IMG/VR virus record: IMGVR_UViG_3300037520_000542
Location: 1 to 60,354 of that record
Length of the DNA: 60,354 bases
DNA from: a virus
Taxonomy: Duplodnaviria > Caudoviricetes
Reading direction: 5' to 3' (one strand)
Positions 7,483 through 16,561 of the stretch are shown piece after piece; the first letter of the stretch is position 1, and each line of letters starts with the position of its first letter. A model generated the notes under the pieces. The model ran no database searches and had not been told where the DNA came from. It saw only the letters and a program-made list of their open reading frames with translations. The position numbers and the translations under genes are program-made.

Positions 7483-8634
7483 ATGGCGTCGTCAGTTGAC
7501 TGGGCTCGTTCTATCGGCACTACCCTGACCCTGCATCTCCGTGAGGAGGAGCAGACGACCTTCCGTCGCTACAAGGTATTCGCCGCGCTTCAGGCCAACG
7601 GCAACGTGGCGATGAATCAGGGCGGTCGCGGTTTCGACTGGCAGGTCCGCTGGCGGAACGTCCCGGTTTCGACGTACACGGGCGAGTCGCCGCGAGTCTT
7701 CGCACGCCACGCGCTCTGGCAGCGCGCGACCCTCCCGTATCGCGGGTACAGCGTGCAGGATCAGATCACCAAGCGGGAGATGCTGGAGAACAGGGGTCAG
7801 GCCCAACTCATCGACGTGGCCGGGAAGATGGCGAACCGTCTTCGCGAGTCGATGGAGCAGCACCTGAGCCGTGAAGTTTTCATTGACGGCGAACAGGCTG
7901 GGAACGAGAACCGGTGGCACGGCCTTGAGTCGATGTTCGGCATCGACGGCACCGTGAATGTCGGCACCGGTGCCAAGCGAGGCTCTGGCGCTTCGCCCGG
8001 TTCCGGCTCCGCCCCTGACCCGTTCGGCTTCCCGACCGACACCTACGCGGGCCTCGACACCGCTCTTGGCAAGTACGCGGGCTCGCAGTTGGCATCGACC
8101 GGCTCGTGGCCTTCCGTGCCGGTCGATCCGGAGTACGACTTCTGGTCGCCCCTCGTCTGCAACTACACCAGCACCTACTTCGGTACGGCTGCTGCGACTC
8201 CGCTGCTGACGTGGCGGCAGAACTGCATCGAGGCGATCCGGCTCTCGGTGAACCACGCCAAGCGGAACGACACGAAGGAGAATCAGATCGACATGATCCT
8301 CCTCGACCGCTCGATGTACGTCGAGTTCCTCAACCGGCTCGACGCCCGCGAGCGTGCCATCGTCACCAAGACGAACGGCCTGAAGTCCTACGGCTTCGAC
8401 ACCGTCGAGATCGACGGCATCGAGGTGGCGAGCGACTACGGTTGCCCGTCCGGTGTCGGTTACGCCCTCTCCATCGGCAACATGGAGATGAAGGTGATGA
8501 CCGGGCAACTGATGGAGGCGGAGGGACCGTTCTACAACGAGGAACTTTCCGCGTATAGGTACAGCGTTTCGTGCCTCGCCAACATCAAGATGAAGAGTCC
8601 GCGCAACTTCGTGAAGTTCGCCGCCATCGCCTGA
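7483..8634 (+). CDS. Major capsid protein
   Basis: 383 aa; position after scaffold; FIDG...RWHGLESM and C-terminal ANIKMKSPRNFVKF pattern typical of HK97-fold capsids. Confidence 0.85.
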   Translation: MASSVDWARSIGTTLTLHLREEEQTTFRRYKVFAALQANGNVAMNQGGRGFDWQVRWRNVPVSTYTGESPRVFARHALWQRATLPYRGYSVQDQITKREMLENRGQAQLIDVAGKMANRLRESMEQHLSREVFIDGEQAGNENRWHGLESMFGIDGTVNVGTGAKRGSGASPGSGSAPDPFGFPTDTYAGLDTALGKYAGSQLASTGSWPSVPVDPEYDFWSPLVCNYTSTYFGTAAATPLLTWRQNCIEAIRLSVNHAKRNDTKENQIDMILLDRSMYVEFLNRLDARERAIVTKTNGLKSYGFDTVEIDGIEVASDYGCPSGVGYALSIGNMEMKVMTGQLMEAEGPFYNEELSAYRYSVSCLANIKMKSPRNFVKFAAIA

Positions 8635-8674
8635 CCTGTCACCCCAATCGACGTAGCAAGGAGAGTTCCAGCAG

Positions 8675-9259
8675 ATGAGTACGCAGACTTCTGATCCGGG
8701 TTTCGGTCGAGGCCAGACGCTTGGCGTCACGGTCAAGATGTACGAAGCCGAGTCGGGCGACGGTTCCACGATCATCGGCGTCCGGAAGGAGTTCCGTGAC
8801 GAGAACCCTCGCACGGGCGAGTTGCTCAGCAACCGGCCTGTCGAGTGCATCGCCGTCAAGAACGTGAGCGGCGGGGCCCTGCTTCCGGGTCAGGTCGTGA
8901 AGTTCAAGGCTGCGGCCACGAGCGGCCAGTTCTCGGGCGGGATTCTTGGCGAGGTGGACGCTACGGCGACCACTGCCAATGCCCTTCCCGCTGCCAACGG
9001 TCTGGTCGGCGTCGTGGACGAGTACCTGCCGTCCGCTGGCGTGCCGAACAATGAGGTGTTCTGGCTGGTGGTTGGCGGCCCATCGTCGGTAGTCAAGTCG
9101 TCCACGTCGGTCAGTGCGGGTGCGGCTTACGGCACCTCCACGACCGCTGGCGAGGCGGCTGCTCACACGTCTGGCACCACGTCGCTGGTCGGATACGCCA
9201 TCACCACCAGCGCCACGACGACGGGCCGTCTCCTCGTCCGGACGGTGGCGGGCTTCTGA
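8675..9259 (+). CDS. Probable capsid decoration/cement protein
   Basis: Small, Ala/Thr/Gly-rich, directly after the capsid gene; FWLVVGGP motif. Confidence 0.6.
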   Translation: MSTQTSDPGFGRGQTLGVTVKMYEAESGDGSTIIGVRKEFRDENPRTGELLSNRPVECIAVKNVSGGALLPGQVVKFKAAATSGQFSGGILGEVDATATTANALPAANGLVGVVDEYLPSAGVPNNEVFWLVVGGPSSVVKSSTSVSAGAAYGTSTTAGEAAAHTSGTTSLVGYAITTSATTTGRLLVRTVAGF

Positions 9260-9284
9260 TCCTTGTCATCACCGTCGCGACGTT

Positions 9285-9322
9285 GGCCGCAGGCAGGGTA
9301 AGGACGCCCGCCTGCGGCCTTT
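9285..9322 (+). terminator. Probable intrinsic terminator after the capsid operon
   Basis: GGCCGCAGGC...GCCTGCGGCC 10-bp stem followed by TTT. Confidence 0.65.
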
Positions 9323-9345
9323 CGCGTAGATAGGGACTTCCTTCA

Positions 9346-9555
9346 ATGGCGCTCGCCAACGACCCTAACCCCATGAGCCAGTTCGACCAGCCGGACAGGC
9401 AGGCGATCATGGTTCAGTTGCGGCGTGCGGGGCTTCTGGACTTCCCGGAGTTGTCCGACTTCAAGGTCAAGCGAGAGGTGGGTGCTGGCAACGTCCCGAC
9501 CCCGAAGGACGGCTTGGCCCCGATGGTGACTTCCGTGCCGCAGGCAGACAGGTGA
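9346..9555 (+). CDS. Hypothetical protein (69 aa)
   Basis: ORF fills the gap between the terminator and the next gene. Confidence 0.6.
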   Translation: MALANDPNPMSQFDQPDRQAIMVQLRRAGLLDFPELSDFKVKREVGAGNVPTPKDGLAPMVTSVPQADR

Positions 9556-9558
9556 CGC

Positions 9559-9834
9559 ATGGATAAGCATGGCGACCGTGTCAGGAAACTGAAGTCTGGT
9601 GCATGGGCTCGCAAGGAGGGGCAAGACCCGGAAGGCGGGCTGAACGCCGCTGGGCGTGCGGCCTACAACCGCGAGAACAACGCCAACCTCAAGCCGCCGC
9701 AGCCGGAAGGCGGGCCGCGAAAAGAGTCATTCTGTCGAAGGATGAAAGGCATGCGAGAGAAGTTGACCAGCAAGGAAACGGCCAACGACCCCGACAGCCG
9801 GATCAACAAATCCCTGCGTGCGTGGGACTGCTGA
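9559..9834 (+). CDS. Conserved basic phage protein (DUF6321-like)
   Basis: AWARKEGQDPEGGLNAAGRAAYN...RKESFCRRMKGM...DPDSRINKSLRAWDC. Confidence 0.75.
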   Translation: MDKHGDRVRKLKSGAWARKEGQDPEGGLNAAGRAAYNRENNANLKPPQPEGGPRKESFCRRMKGMREKLTSKETANDPDSRINKSLRAWDC

Positions 9835-10538
9835 TGAGCGACAAGACCTGCACCGACTGCGGCAACGCGCTCCCGCAGACCACCGACAACTTCCGCCGCA
9901 AGCAGGACGGCACTTGGGATGCCCGCTGCCTCATCTGCCGTGCGAAGGTCAATCGCGGCAAGAAGAAGAAGCGGAAGGAAGCCGACATGCGTGCCATCGA
10001 GGATGGTGCGGTCAACACCTTCCTTCAGGGTGCAACGAGGGGCGGCGACAACATCCCGCACTCCAGCGAACTGCTGGAGCGACTGATGGAGTATTTCGGC
10101 GGCTCGTCTGGGTTCGCCGCCATGATGGTCAAGCAGTATTTCGACTCTCCTCCGGGAGGCTCGCACCGCACGAAGTTGCTGGAGGGCGTCGTGCGTCTTG
10201 TCACGAAGAACACCGAACTGGGCGGGGCCAAGAAGCCGCTGGCCCAGTGGACGGACGAGGAGATCGAGGCGGAACTTGACTCCCGCCTGCAAAAGATCGC
10301 CATGAGTTTTGAAGGGAGACTGCTCAATGTCCAAGTCACGCCGCAAACCCCCAGCGATATCGCCGCTGCCTTCGGTCAAGCGTTTGGGCACGTTCCAGCG
10401 GGACGAGTTGAAGGAGATGCAGGCGGAACTGGCGGGACGCCGGATCGAAGCCTTGCGGCTCTACCGTCCGACCGACCAGCAGGAGGCGGTGCATCAGTGC
10501 CGGGCGAGCGAGATTCTGGTGCTGGGGGGGAATCGTAG
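9834..10538 (+). CDS. Probable terminase small subunit with N-terminal Zn finger
   Basis: CxxC...CxxC, WTDEEIEAEL motif, directly upstream of and overlapping terL. Confidence 0.5.
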   Translation: MSDKTCTDCGNALPQTTDNFRRKQDGTWDARCLICRAKVNRGKKKKRKEADMRAIEDGAVNTFLQGATRGGDNIPHSSELLERLMEYFGGSSGFAAMMVKQYFDSPPGGSHRTKLLEGVVRLVTKNTELGGAKKPLAQWTDEEIEAELDSRLQKIAMSFEGRLLNVQVTPQTPSDIAAAFGQAFGHVPAGRVEGDAGGTGGTPDRSLAALPSDRPAGGGASVPGERDSGAGGES

Positions 10539-12033
10539 CGGCAAGAGTCTCTGCACGTTCGTCGAGGACGCCCGTGCGGTGTGTGGCAAAGACCCGCACG
10601 GCAAGTATGCCGAGAAAGACGGCATCCTCGTCGTGATTGGGAAGGACTGGAAGCACATCGGTCTGGTCGTCTACCCGCTCCTGTTCATGGCGGGTGCGTT
10701 CAAGATCATCCGGGACGAGAACACTGGCGAGTGGCGTGCCTACAACCCGTCCACTGACTCCGCACGCGAGAAGGAGGCCAAACCAGCGCCTCCTCTCATC
10801 CCGCCGCGAATGGTTTCTAAGAAGTCGTGGATTCTCAAGTCCGCCCGATACATCCAGTCCTGCACGCTGACGAACGGCTGGCAAATCTACTTCTTCTCGT
10901 CGGAAGGCGAACCTCCGCAGGGCTTTTCGGCCTCACGGGTCCACATTGACGAGGACGTGAACAACGGCGATGCGTGGGTTCCGGAAATGCAGGCCCGCCT
11001 CAGCGACCGCAAGGGTGTGCTGACATGGTCCGCGATGCCGCACTCAAAAAATGACGCCCTCCAGAGCCTTGCGGAGCGAGCCGACAAGTTGGTGGAGGAC
11101 GGCGTCGAGAACCCGGACATCGTCAAGTTCCAACTGCGGTTCCTCGACAACCCGCACATTGACGATGCCGAGAAGCGGAAGCGTATCGAGGCGTGGGCCG
11201 CTCTTGGCGAAGACGTTCTGCGGATGCGCAGCGAAGGAGAGTTCATCAGCGACTCGATCCTCTGCTACCCCACGTTCGCCATGCACGTTCACGGGTTTGA
11301 AAGAGGCGACCTCGACCGGAACGTCGTTCCCGAAGATTGGTGCCGCTACGCCGTCATTGATCCCGGACACGCCGTCACGTCAGTGCTGTTCGGTGCCGTG
11401 CCGCCGGACGAGTCCATGCTCCTCGTCTACGACCAACTCTACATCCGCAACTGCAACGCCATCATCTTTGGCGAGAAGATGGCGGAGAAGTGTAGGGGGC
11501 AGAGTTTTTATGCTTTTCTTATTGACATGCACGGCGGTCGCATCCGGGACATCGGCTCCGGGCGACTGCCGGTGGAGTTGTACACCGAGCAACTCAAGAA
11601 GCATGGGGTCGCCAGTGAATCGACCGGGCACAGTTTCCTTGCCGGGTGCGACGACATCTCGGCCCGCATGGCGGCGGTCCAGAACTACCTGCACATCCGC
11701 CCGCAGGGCACGCCCATGCTGCGGATTCTGCGTGGGACTTGCCCCGACCTTGAGCGGGAAATCAAGCGGTACAAGAAGCAGACCCAGTTGGTGGGCGGCG
11801 TGTACGTCGTGACCGACAGGCCGAACACCAGAGGGGAAGTCCACGCCTGCCAGTGTCTTGAGTACCTGTGTGCCTATCGGCCTCGCTACCACCGGCCTAA
11901 AAAGGATGTCGGTCCCGATCCATGGTACGTCGAGTGGGCGAGGAAGCGCAAGAAGCGCCAAGCCGCCGAAGCCGACGAGTTCATCTTCTTAGGCCCACAG
12001 TCAGGAGCGAAGTATGCCGGACGAATCCTTTAG
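10327..12033 (+). CDS. terL: Terminase large subunit
   Basis: Walker A GGNRSGKS, Walker B VHIDED, nuclease motif AVIDPG. Confidence 0.92.
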   Translation: MSKSRRKPPAISPLPSVKRLGTFQRDELKEMQAELAGRRIEALRLYRPTDQQEAVHQCRASEILVLGGNRSGKSLCTFVEDARAVCGKDPHGKYAEKDGILVVIGKDWKHIGLVVYPLLFMAGAFKIIRDENTGEWRAYNPSTDSAREKEAKPAPPLIPPRMVSKKSWILKSARYIQSCTLTNGWQIYFFSSEGEPPQGFSASRVHIDEDVNNGDAWVPEMQARLSDRKGVLTWSAMPHSKNDALQSLAERADKLVEDGVENPDIVKFQLRFLDNPHIDDAEKRKRIEAWAALGEDVLRMRSEGEFISDSILCYPTFAMHVHGFERGDLDRNVVPEDWCRYAVIDPGHAVTSVLFGAVPPDESMLLVYDQLYIRNCNAIIFGEKMAEKCRGQSFYAFLIDMHGGRIRDIGSGRLPVELYTEQLKKHGVASESTGHSFLAGCDDISARMAAVQNYLHIRPQGTPMLRILRGTCPDLEREIKRYKKQTQLVGGVYVVTDRPNTRGEVHACQCLEYLCAYRPRYHRPKKDVGPDPWYVEWARKRKKRQAAEADEFIFLGPQSGAKYAGRIL

Positions 12034-12379
12034 CCCGCCGAAGGTTCAGATTGGGGACTGCGTGTACTGGTACAGCGATCCGCTGACGTGCGCCGAGCCG
12101 TCGCTGGGGTGGATTTGCGAGCGTCCGGGCGTGCAGACCCTGAGCATCCTCTCGTTCAGCACCAACACCGGTTTCATCGAGCGGCCGAGCGTGCGTCACC
12201 GCGACGATCCCGGCCTGCTGGAGAACGCCGAGTGGCGGAAGTGGGGCTGCTGGGAGTTCGCTCCGCAGACCGCCGCCCTCAAGAAACTCGACGGCATGAT
12301 GGCACAGATTGCCGCCGCTACGGAGCAGTTGTCGCTTGCAAGGAAGCAGAACGGTGGAAACGCAGCCCAGAACCGGTGA
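12014..12379 (+). CDS. Hypothetical protein (121 aa)
   Basis: RBS AGGAG; between terL and portal. Confidence 0.7.
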   Translation: MPDESFSPPKVQIGDCVYWYSDPLTCAEPSLGWICERPGVQTLSILSFSTNTGFIERPSVRHRDDPGLLENAEWRKWGCWEFAPQTAALKKLDGMMAQIAAATEQLSLARKQNGGNAAQNR

Positions 12380-14384
12380 AGACGCCCTGCGGTCGATTGC
12401 GCAAGGGTGGCTGAAGAAGATCGAACTGAGCCTCAAGCACAAGCGTCCCTTCAGTGAGGACGGCAGGGAGGCGATGTCGTTTTTCGACGGCCCGCACAAC
12501 TGGTTCTGGAAGGACACCTACGCACGGCACGAGTACGGGTACAGCCGTGCGATTGCCCCGCCTGCGTTTCGCATGCAGGTGAACCGCGTGTTTGAGGCGG
12601 TCAAACTGTTCGGCTCCGTGATCTACCACCGCAACCCGGTGCGGAACGTCTCTCCCGCCCGCTACCCGTTCGTCACGCCGGAAGTCGTCGGCGTGGTGGA
12701 CGAGCCGTCCATGATGGCGTACCAGCAGGCGGCTCAGGAGACGATGAGGCGTTCGGAGGTTCGCAAGGCCGTTGCCATGCTGATGGAGCGGTACTTGAAC
12801 TACACCCCCAACGAACTGGACTTGAAGACGCACAGTCGCCGCGTGGTTGACGAAGCGATCATCAAGGGCATGGGCGTGTGGTGGACGGAGTTGGTGACGC
12901 CTCCGGGCTCCAACGTGTCGTTCGTCGGCTCATTCGCGGACAGCGTGGACAACTTCACGATGGACCCGGACGCCACCGAGATCGAGGACATCACTTGGTG
13001 TGCGAGGCGGTGCGTCCACCCCATCGACCAAGTCGCCAGCAAGTACGGGCTCGACCGCGAGCAGTTGAAGGGGCATCTGGAGGGAGCGAAGCCGCTCGAC
13101 CAAGAGTCGGAGGCCCAGATTTTCTCGGACACGGAGTACCCCTACAAGGGACGCCGCGTCGGCAAGTCCAACGAGTTGGTGACGTACTGGAAGATTTGGA
13201 GCAAGACGGGACTGGGCGACCGCCTCAAGGACACGCCGAAGGAACTGGTCGGTGCGTTCGATGGGCTGGGTGAGAACTGCTACATCGTGATCTGCGAGGG
13301 GGTCGATTTCCCCCTCAACATGCCGCCCGCCATGCTGGAGGAGCCTGCGGACGAGCAGTCTGGCGTGCCCGAGTCCTTGTTCCGTGCGGCCCAGTGGCCG
13401 ATCCCGTTCTGGGCGGAGTCCAACGGCTGGCCGTTCGTGCATCTCGACTTCCATCGCAAGCCGGGATACGTCTGGCCGATCTCCCACATCAAGCCGGGCA
13501 TTGGCGAGTTGCGGTTCCTGAACTTCGCCATGTCGTTCATCGCCCAGCGTGTCGCCACGAGTTGCGAGACGCTGCTGGGCGTGAGCAAGGCTGCGGATCA
13601 AGACATCAAGGATCAGATACTCGCGAACTCCGAGAAGGGGTTCAAGGTCATCGAGATCAGCGAGACGCTTGGCCGCAGTGTCAACGACCTCATCAGCGTA
13701 TTCCAGTTGCCAGAGGTGACGCCGGAACTCTGGCGAATCGTGGACGCTGTGGCACAGCAGTTCGACAAGCGGGTGGGCCTGACCGAACTCGCGTACGCCA
13801 TGACCTCCAGCCAGATACGGAGTGCCACAGAGGCCAACGTGAAGGCGGAGCAACTGTCGGTACGCCCAGACGACATGGCGAACCGGCTGGAGGACTCCAT
13901 GAGCCTTCTGGCCCGCCGAGAGGCGTTTGCCGCCCGCTGGCTCCTGAACCCGCAGGACGTGGAGCCGGTCATCGGCCCGCTGGGTGCGGCGGCGTGGGCA
14001 CAGCACGTCGTGACGATGGACCCGACCATCATTGCCCGTGAGTTTGAGTACCGAATCGAGTCTGGCAGTGCCCGGAAGCCCAACAAGGCGACGAGGGTCG
14101 AGCAGATGCAAGCGGCCCTCCAGACGCTGGGGCCGATCCTTCAGGGGCTGGTGCCGATGGGCGTGGTGGACCCGCTCAACGCCCTCATCTCCGACTGGGC
14201 GGACAGCCTCGACATCGACGCCAAGCCGTACCTCATTCCGCCCCCTCCGCCGCCTCCGGAGCCGCCCGCTGCCCCATCCCAGCAGCCGCCGCCTGCTGGC
14301 GCGGAGGGGGCGAGTGGCCCTCTCCCCGAAGAACTGCCTCCAGATGGGCCTCCCCCGCAGGTTCCGCCAGAAATGAGCCCGTGA
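12354..14384 (+). CDS. Portal protein
   Basis: ~676 aa after the terminase; IRSATEANVK and FEYRIESGS portal-like motifs; Pro-rich tail. Confidence 0.8.
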   Translation: METQPRTGEDALRSIAQGWLKKIELSLKHKRPFSEDGREAMSFFDGPHNWFWKDTYARHEYGYSRAIAPPAFRMQVNRVFEAVKLFGSVIYHRNPVRNVSPARYPFVTPEVVGVVDEPSMMAYQQAAQETMRRSEVRKAVAMLMERYLNYTPNELDLKTHSRRVVDEAIIKGMGVWWTELVTPPGSNVSFVGSFADSVDNFTMDPDATEIEDITWCARRCVHPIDQVASKYGLDREQLKGHLEGAKPLDQESEAQIFSDTEYPYKGRRVGKSNELVTYWKIWSKTGLGDRLKDTPKELVGAFDGLGENCYIVICEGVDFPLNMPPAMLEEPADEQSGVPESLFRAAQWPIPFWAESNGWPFVHLDFHRKPGYVWPISHIKPGIGELRFLNFAMSFIAQRVATSCETLLGVSKAADQDIKDQILANSEKGFKVIEISETLGRSVNDLISVFQLPEVTPELWRIVDAVAQQFDKRVGLTELAYAMTSSQIRSATEANVKAEQLSVRPDDMANRLEDSMSLLARREAFAARWLLNPQDVEPVIGPLGAAAWAQHVVTMDPTIIAREFEYRIESGSARKPNKATRVEQMQAALQTLGPILQGLVPMGVVDPLNALISDWADSLDIDAKPYLIPPPPPPPEPPAAPSQQPPPAGAEGASGPLPEELPPDGPPPQVPPEMSP

Positions 14385-14386
14385 CG

Positions 14387-14397
14387 GGACACAAACC
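14387..14397 (+). promoter_or_regulatory. Putative late-promoter motif
   Basis: GGACACAAACC in a 22-nt intergenic gap. Confidence 0.45.
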
Positions 14398-14406
14398 TAT
14401 AGAGCC

Positions 14407-14955
14407 ATGAAGCACGACCTGCCACACGACATCGCGAACGCCCCGCACGACGTGCAGGTTCACTACCTGCGAATGATCGAGGCTGGGCAGCATCCGCAGT
14501 TTGCGGAGATGTGCGCCCTTCAGCAGCCTCCGGGAACGCGAGGCACTGATCGGGCCTTCATGCAGGGGCGGCTGAACGGCAACTGGATGGACGGCATGCC
14601 CAAGAAGGTGGCAAACGCGATGCTGCGTGAGGCGGCACTGGCAGGGATCAGCACGACCGGCAAGTTCTTCATGGGCGGCATTGCGGACAAGCGTGGCTTC
14701 AAAGACCCGGAGGCGTGGGTTGATGGCGCTGGCGATGTGCTGCGGGTCGCCAAGAAGCGTGACCTAGAGGTGCATGGGGCCGTCGAGTACGTCCCGCCGC
14801 AGAAGGGTCCGCCGAAGGAGGTGGACATCAACCCCCGCATCCTTCGCGAGCATGTCCGCGAGGCCATGCGTGCCGACCCCAAACTCAAGCGGGGCGAAGC
14901 CATCGAAAAGGTCAAGGACAAGATCGTTCCCCACTGGAAACGGAAGAAGCAGTAA
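14407..14955 (+). CDS. Hypothetical protein (182 aa)
   Basis: ORF in the structural block, coupled to the next gene. Confidence 0.75.
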   Translation: MKHDLPHDIANAPHDVQVHYLRMIEAGQHPQFAEMCALQQPPGTRGTDRAFMQGRLNGNWMDGMPKKVANAMLREAALAGISTTGKFFMGGIADKRGFKDPEAWVDGAGDVLRVAKKRDLEVHGAVEYVPPQKGPPKEVDINPRILREHVREAMRADPKLKRGEAIEKVKDKIVPHWKRKKQ

Positions 14956-15284
14956 TGCCCAACAAGATCGAGCGACTGAGCGTCGTGAGTGCCCCGCTGG
15001 CGTTGACCGCCAGCGCCAGCACGACCGCCCGCATCCCGTTTTCGTCCACTGCCGGTGCCATCTTCACCGTCGAGGCGGTCAGCGGGGCGACCACCATCAA
15101 CTGGTTCGTTGCGATGGGCACGGAACTGACTCCGATTGTCGCGAACGACGGGAGTGCCGCCGTCACCACCACCATCACCAACAACACCGCGTACCCAGTG
15201 CCTGACGCCCTGTTCGCGGCACCGTTCATCGTGCCGGTGCTGAACTCCGGAACCGCCACCATCCGCATGGCGTTCAAGGGCTGA
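14955..15284 (+). CDS. Small beta-rich virion protein (109 aa)
   Basis: TAATG coupling; Thr/Ala-rich. Confidence 0.65.
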   Translation: MPNKIERLSVVSAPLALTASASTTARIPFSSTAGAIFTVEAVSGATTINWFVAMGTELTPIVANDGSAAVTTTITNNTAYPVPDALFAAPFIVPVLNSGTATIRMAFKG

Positions 15285-16171
15285 TGTATTACGCTGCGCA
15301 GGACATCATCGAGTATCTGATGGCGTCCACGAACGGCGGCGCTCAGGACAGCGAGCATCGACTGCTGCGCGCAGCCGCCCACAACGGCTACCGGGACGTG
15401 ATCCACGCCCGCGACTGGAACTGGCACATCAGCGAGGCCACGCTGTCCGACGACACGCTTGTCGGCAGCGGCGACGGCATCACGACCTACACGCTGCCCG
15501 AGAACGTCAAGAACATCGACGCCCTCGTGCCGCCGCAGAACGTCTCGACGCCCACCGTCTACGTCACCCCGACTGACTGGTATCGGGTGGACATCAAACT
15601 GCCGACGCTCAACTCGCCAATCTACTGGACGATCATCAAAGACCCAGCCGCTGCGGATCGCTGGCTCCTGAAGTTGGCGGGCGACCCCCAGACGGCGACC
15701 TACAAGTACACGTTCCGCCGCAAGCCCAAGATGCTCAAGCACATGGGCTATGAGCCGCAGGTGCGGGCTGCTGGCTTCACTGCGCCCGGTGCCGTGAAGC
15801 GATACGGAACCGTCAACACGTTTCCCGAGTCCATGTACGGCATCAATCCGTTCACGGCTCAGGAGATCATCGGGCTGGCTGGCAGTCTGGTCGGCACACC
15901 TCCAGCCAGTGCCAAGACCGCCGTGTCGGACTACCTCGACGTGTCCGAGAATATGTACACGGCAGTGTTGAGTGCGGCGGAGATGTGGATGGCACGGCTG
16001 ATGGGCAAGAACATCGAGGGCGCCACAGCACTCTACAACCGCGACCTCCGCATGGCGTTTGAGTCCGACACCACTGCTCCGCTGTCCGGCACCCGCAATG
16101 GCGGCATGTTCATTGGCACCGCGAGGGCACTGGGCTACTACTCGCCAAGTGGGCCTGACACGGGGGTTTGA
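15284..16171 (+). CDS. Probable head-tail adaptor (tail tubular protein A-like)
   Basis: AAHNGYRDVIHARDWNW...YTLPEN pattern and position. Confidence 0.65.
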   Translation: MYYAAQDIIEYLMASTNGGAQDSEHRLLRAAAHNGYRDVIHARDWNWHISEATLSDDTLVGSGDGITTYTLPENVKNIDALVPPQNVSTPTVYVTPTDWYRVDIKLPTLNSPIYWTIIKDPAAADRWLLKLAGDPQTATYKYTFRRKPKMLKHMGYEPQVRAAGFTAPGAVKRYGTVNTFPESMYGINPFTAQEIIGLAGSLVGTPPASAKTAVSDYLDVSENMYTAVLSAAEMWMARLMGKNIEGATALYNRDLRMAFESDTTAPLSGTRNGGMFIGTARALGYYSPSGPDTGV

Positions 16172-16174
16172 CGC

Positions 16175-16561
16175 ATGCGAGCGCAGGACTGGAAGGGGCT
16201 CGTCACTGACGCCAGCCCGTACGCACTTCCTCCGGGAGCGGCGACCGAGCAGGTCAACCTTCGCTCCAACACCTCCGGGCAACTCACCTGTCGCGGCGGC
16301 ATGCGAGTCGTCGCGTTTGGTAATCAAGTTGGCGAGGAGGTGATCGACATTTACCCGCACATCTGTGTGGGCCTTGCCCCTGCCATTACTGACGCCCTGA
16401 TTGTGCTGAAGCCCAGCGGCGGGATTGAGGCATGGAGCGGCGCAGCGCTGCACACCCCGCCCGGACAGCCGGTGCTTCCTGCGCTGGCTCCACCCAGCGG
16501 TGAGATTCAAAGCAACTACATCGGACAGTTCAGGGCGCACGGGGGCGAGCCGCCGGTATGA
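16175..16561 (+). CDS. N-terminal segment of a nozzle/stabilisation-like protein, encoded separately
   Basis: WKGLVTDASPYALPPGAATEQVNLR...LTCRGG resembles nozzle N-termini. Confidence 0.5.
   Translation: MRAQDWKGLVTDASPYALPPGAATEQVNLRSNTSGQLTCRGGMRVVAFGNQVGEEVIDIYPHICVGLAPAITDALIVLKPSGGIEAWSGAALHTPPGQPVLPALAPPSGEIQSNYIGQFRAHGGEPPV

Noticed and set aside
10327-10538. Long gene overlaps (terS/terL, HNH/ssb, LexA-like/next gene) as recoding signals
   Set aside because: The downstream genes have their own RBS and start codon; run-on tails are common where stop codons are rare
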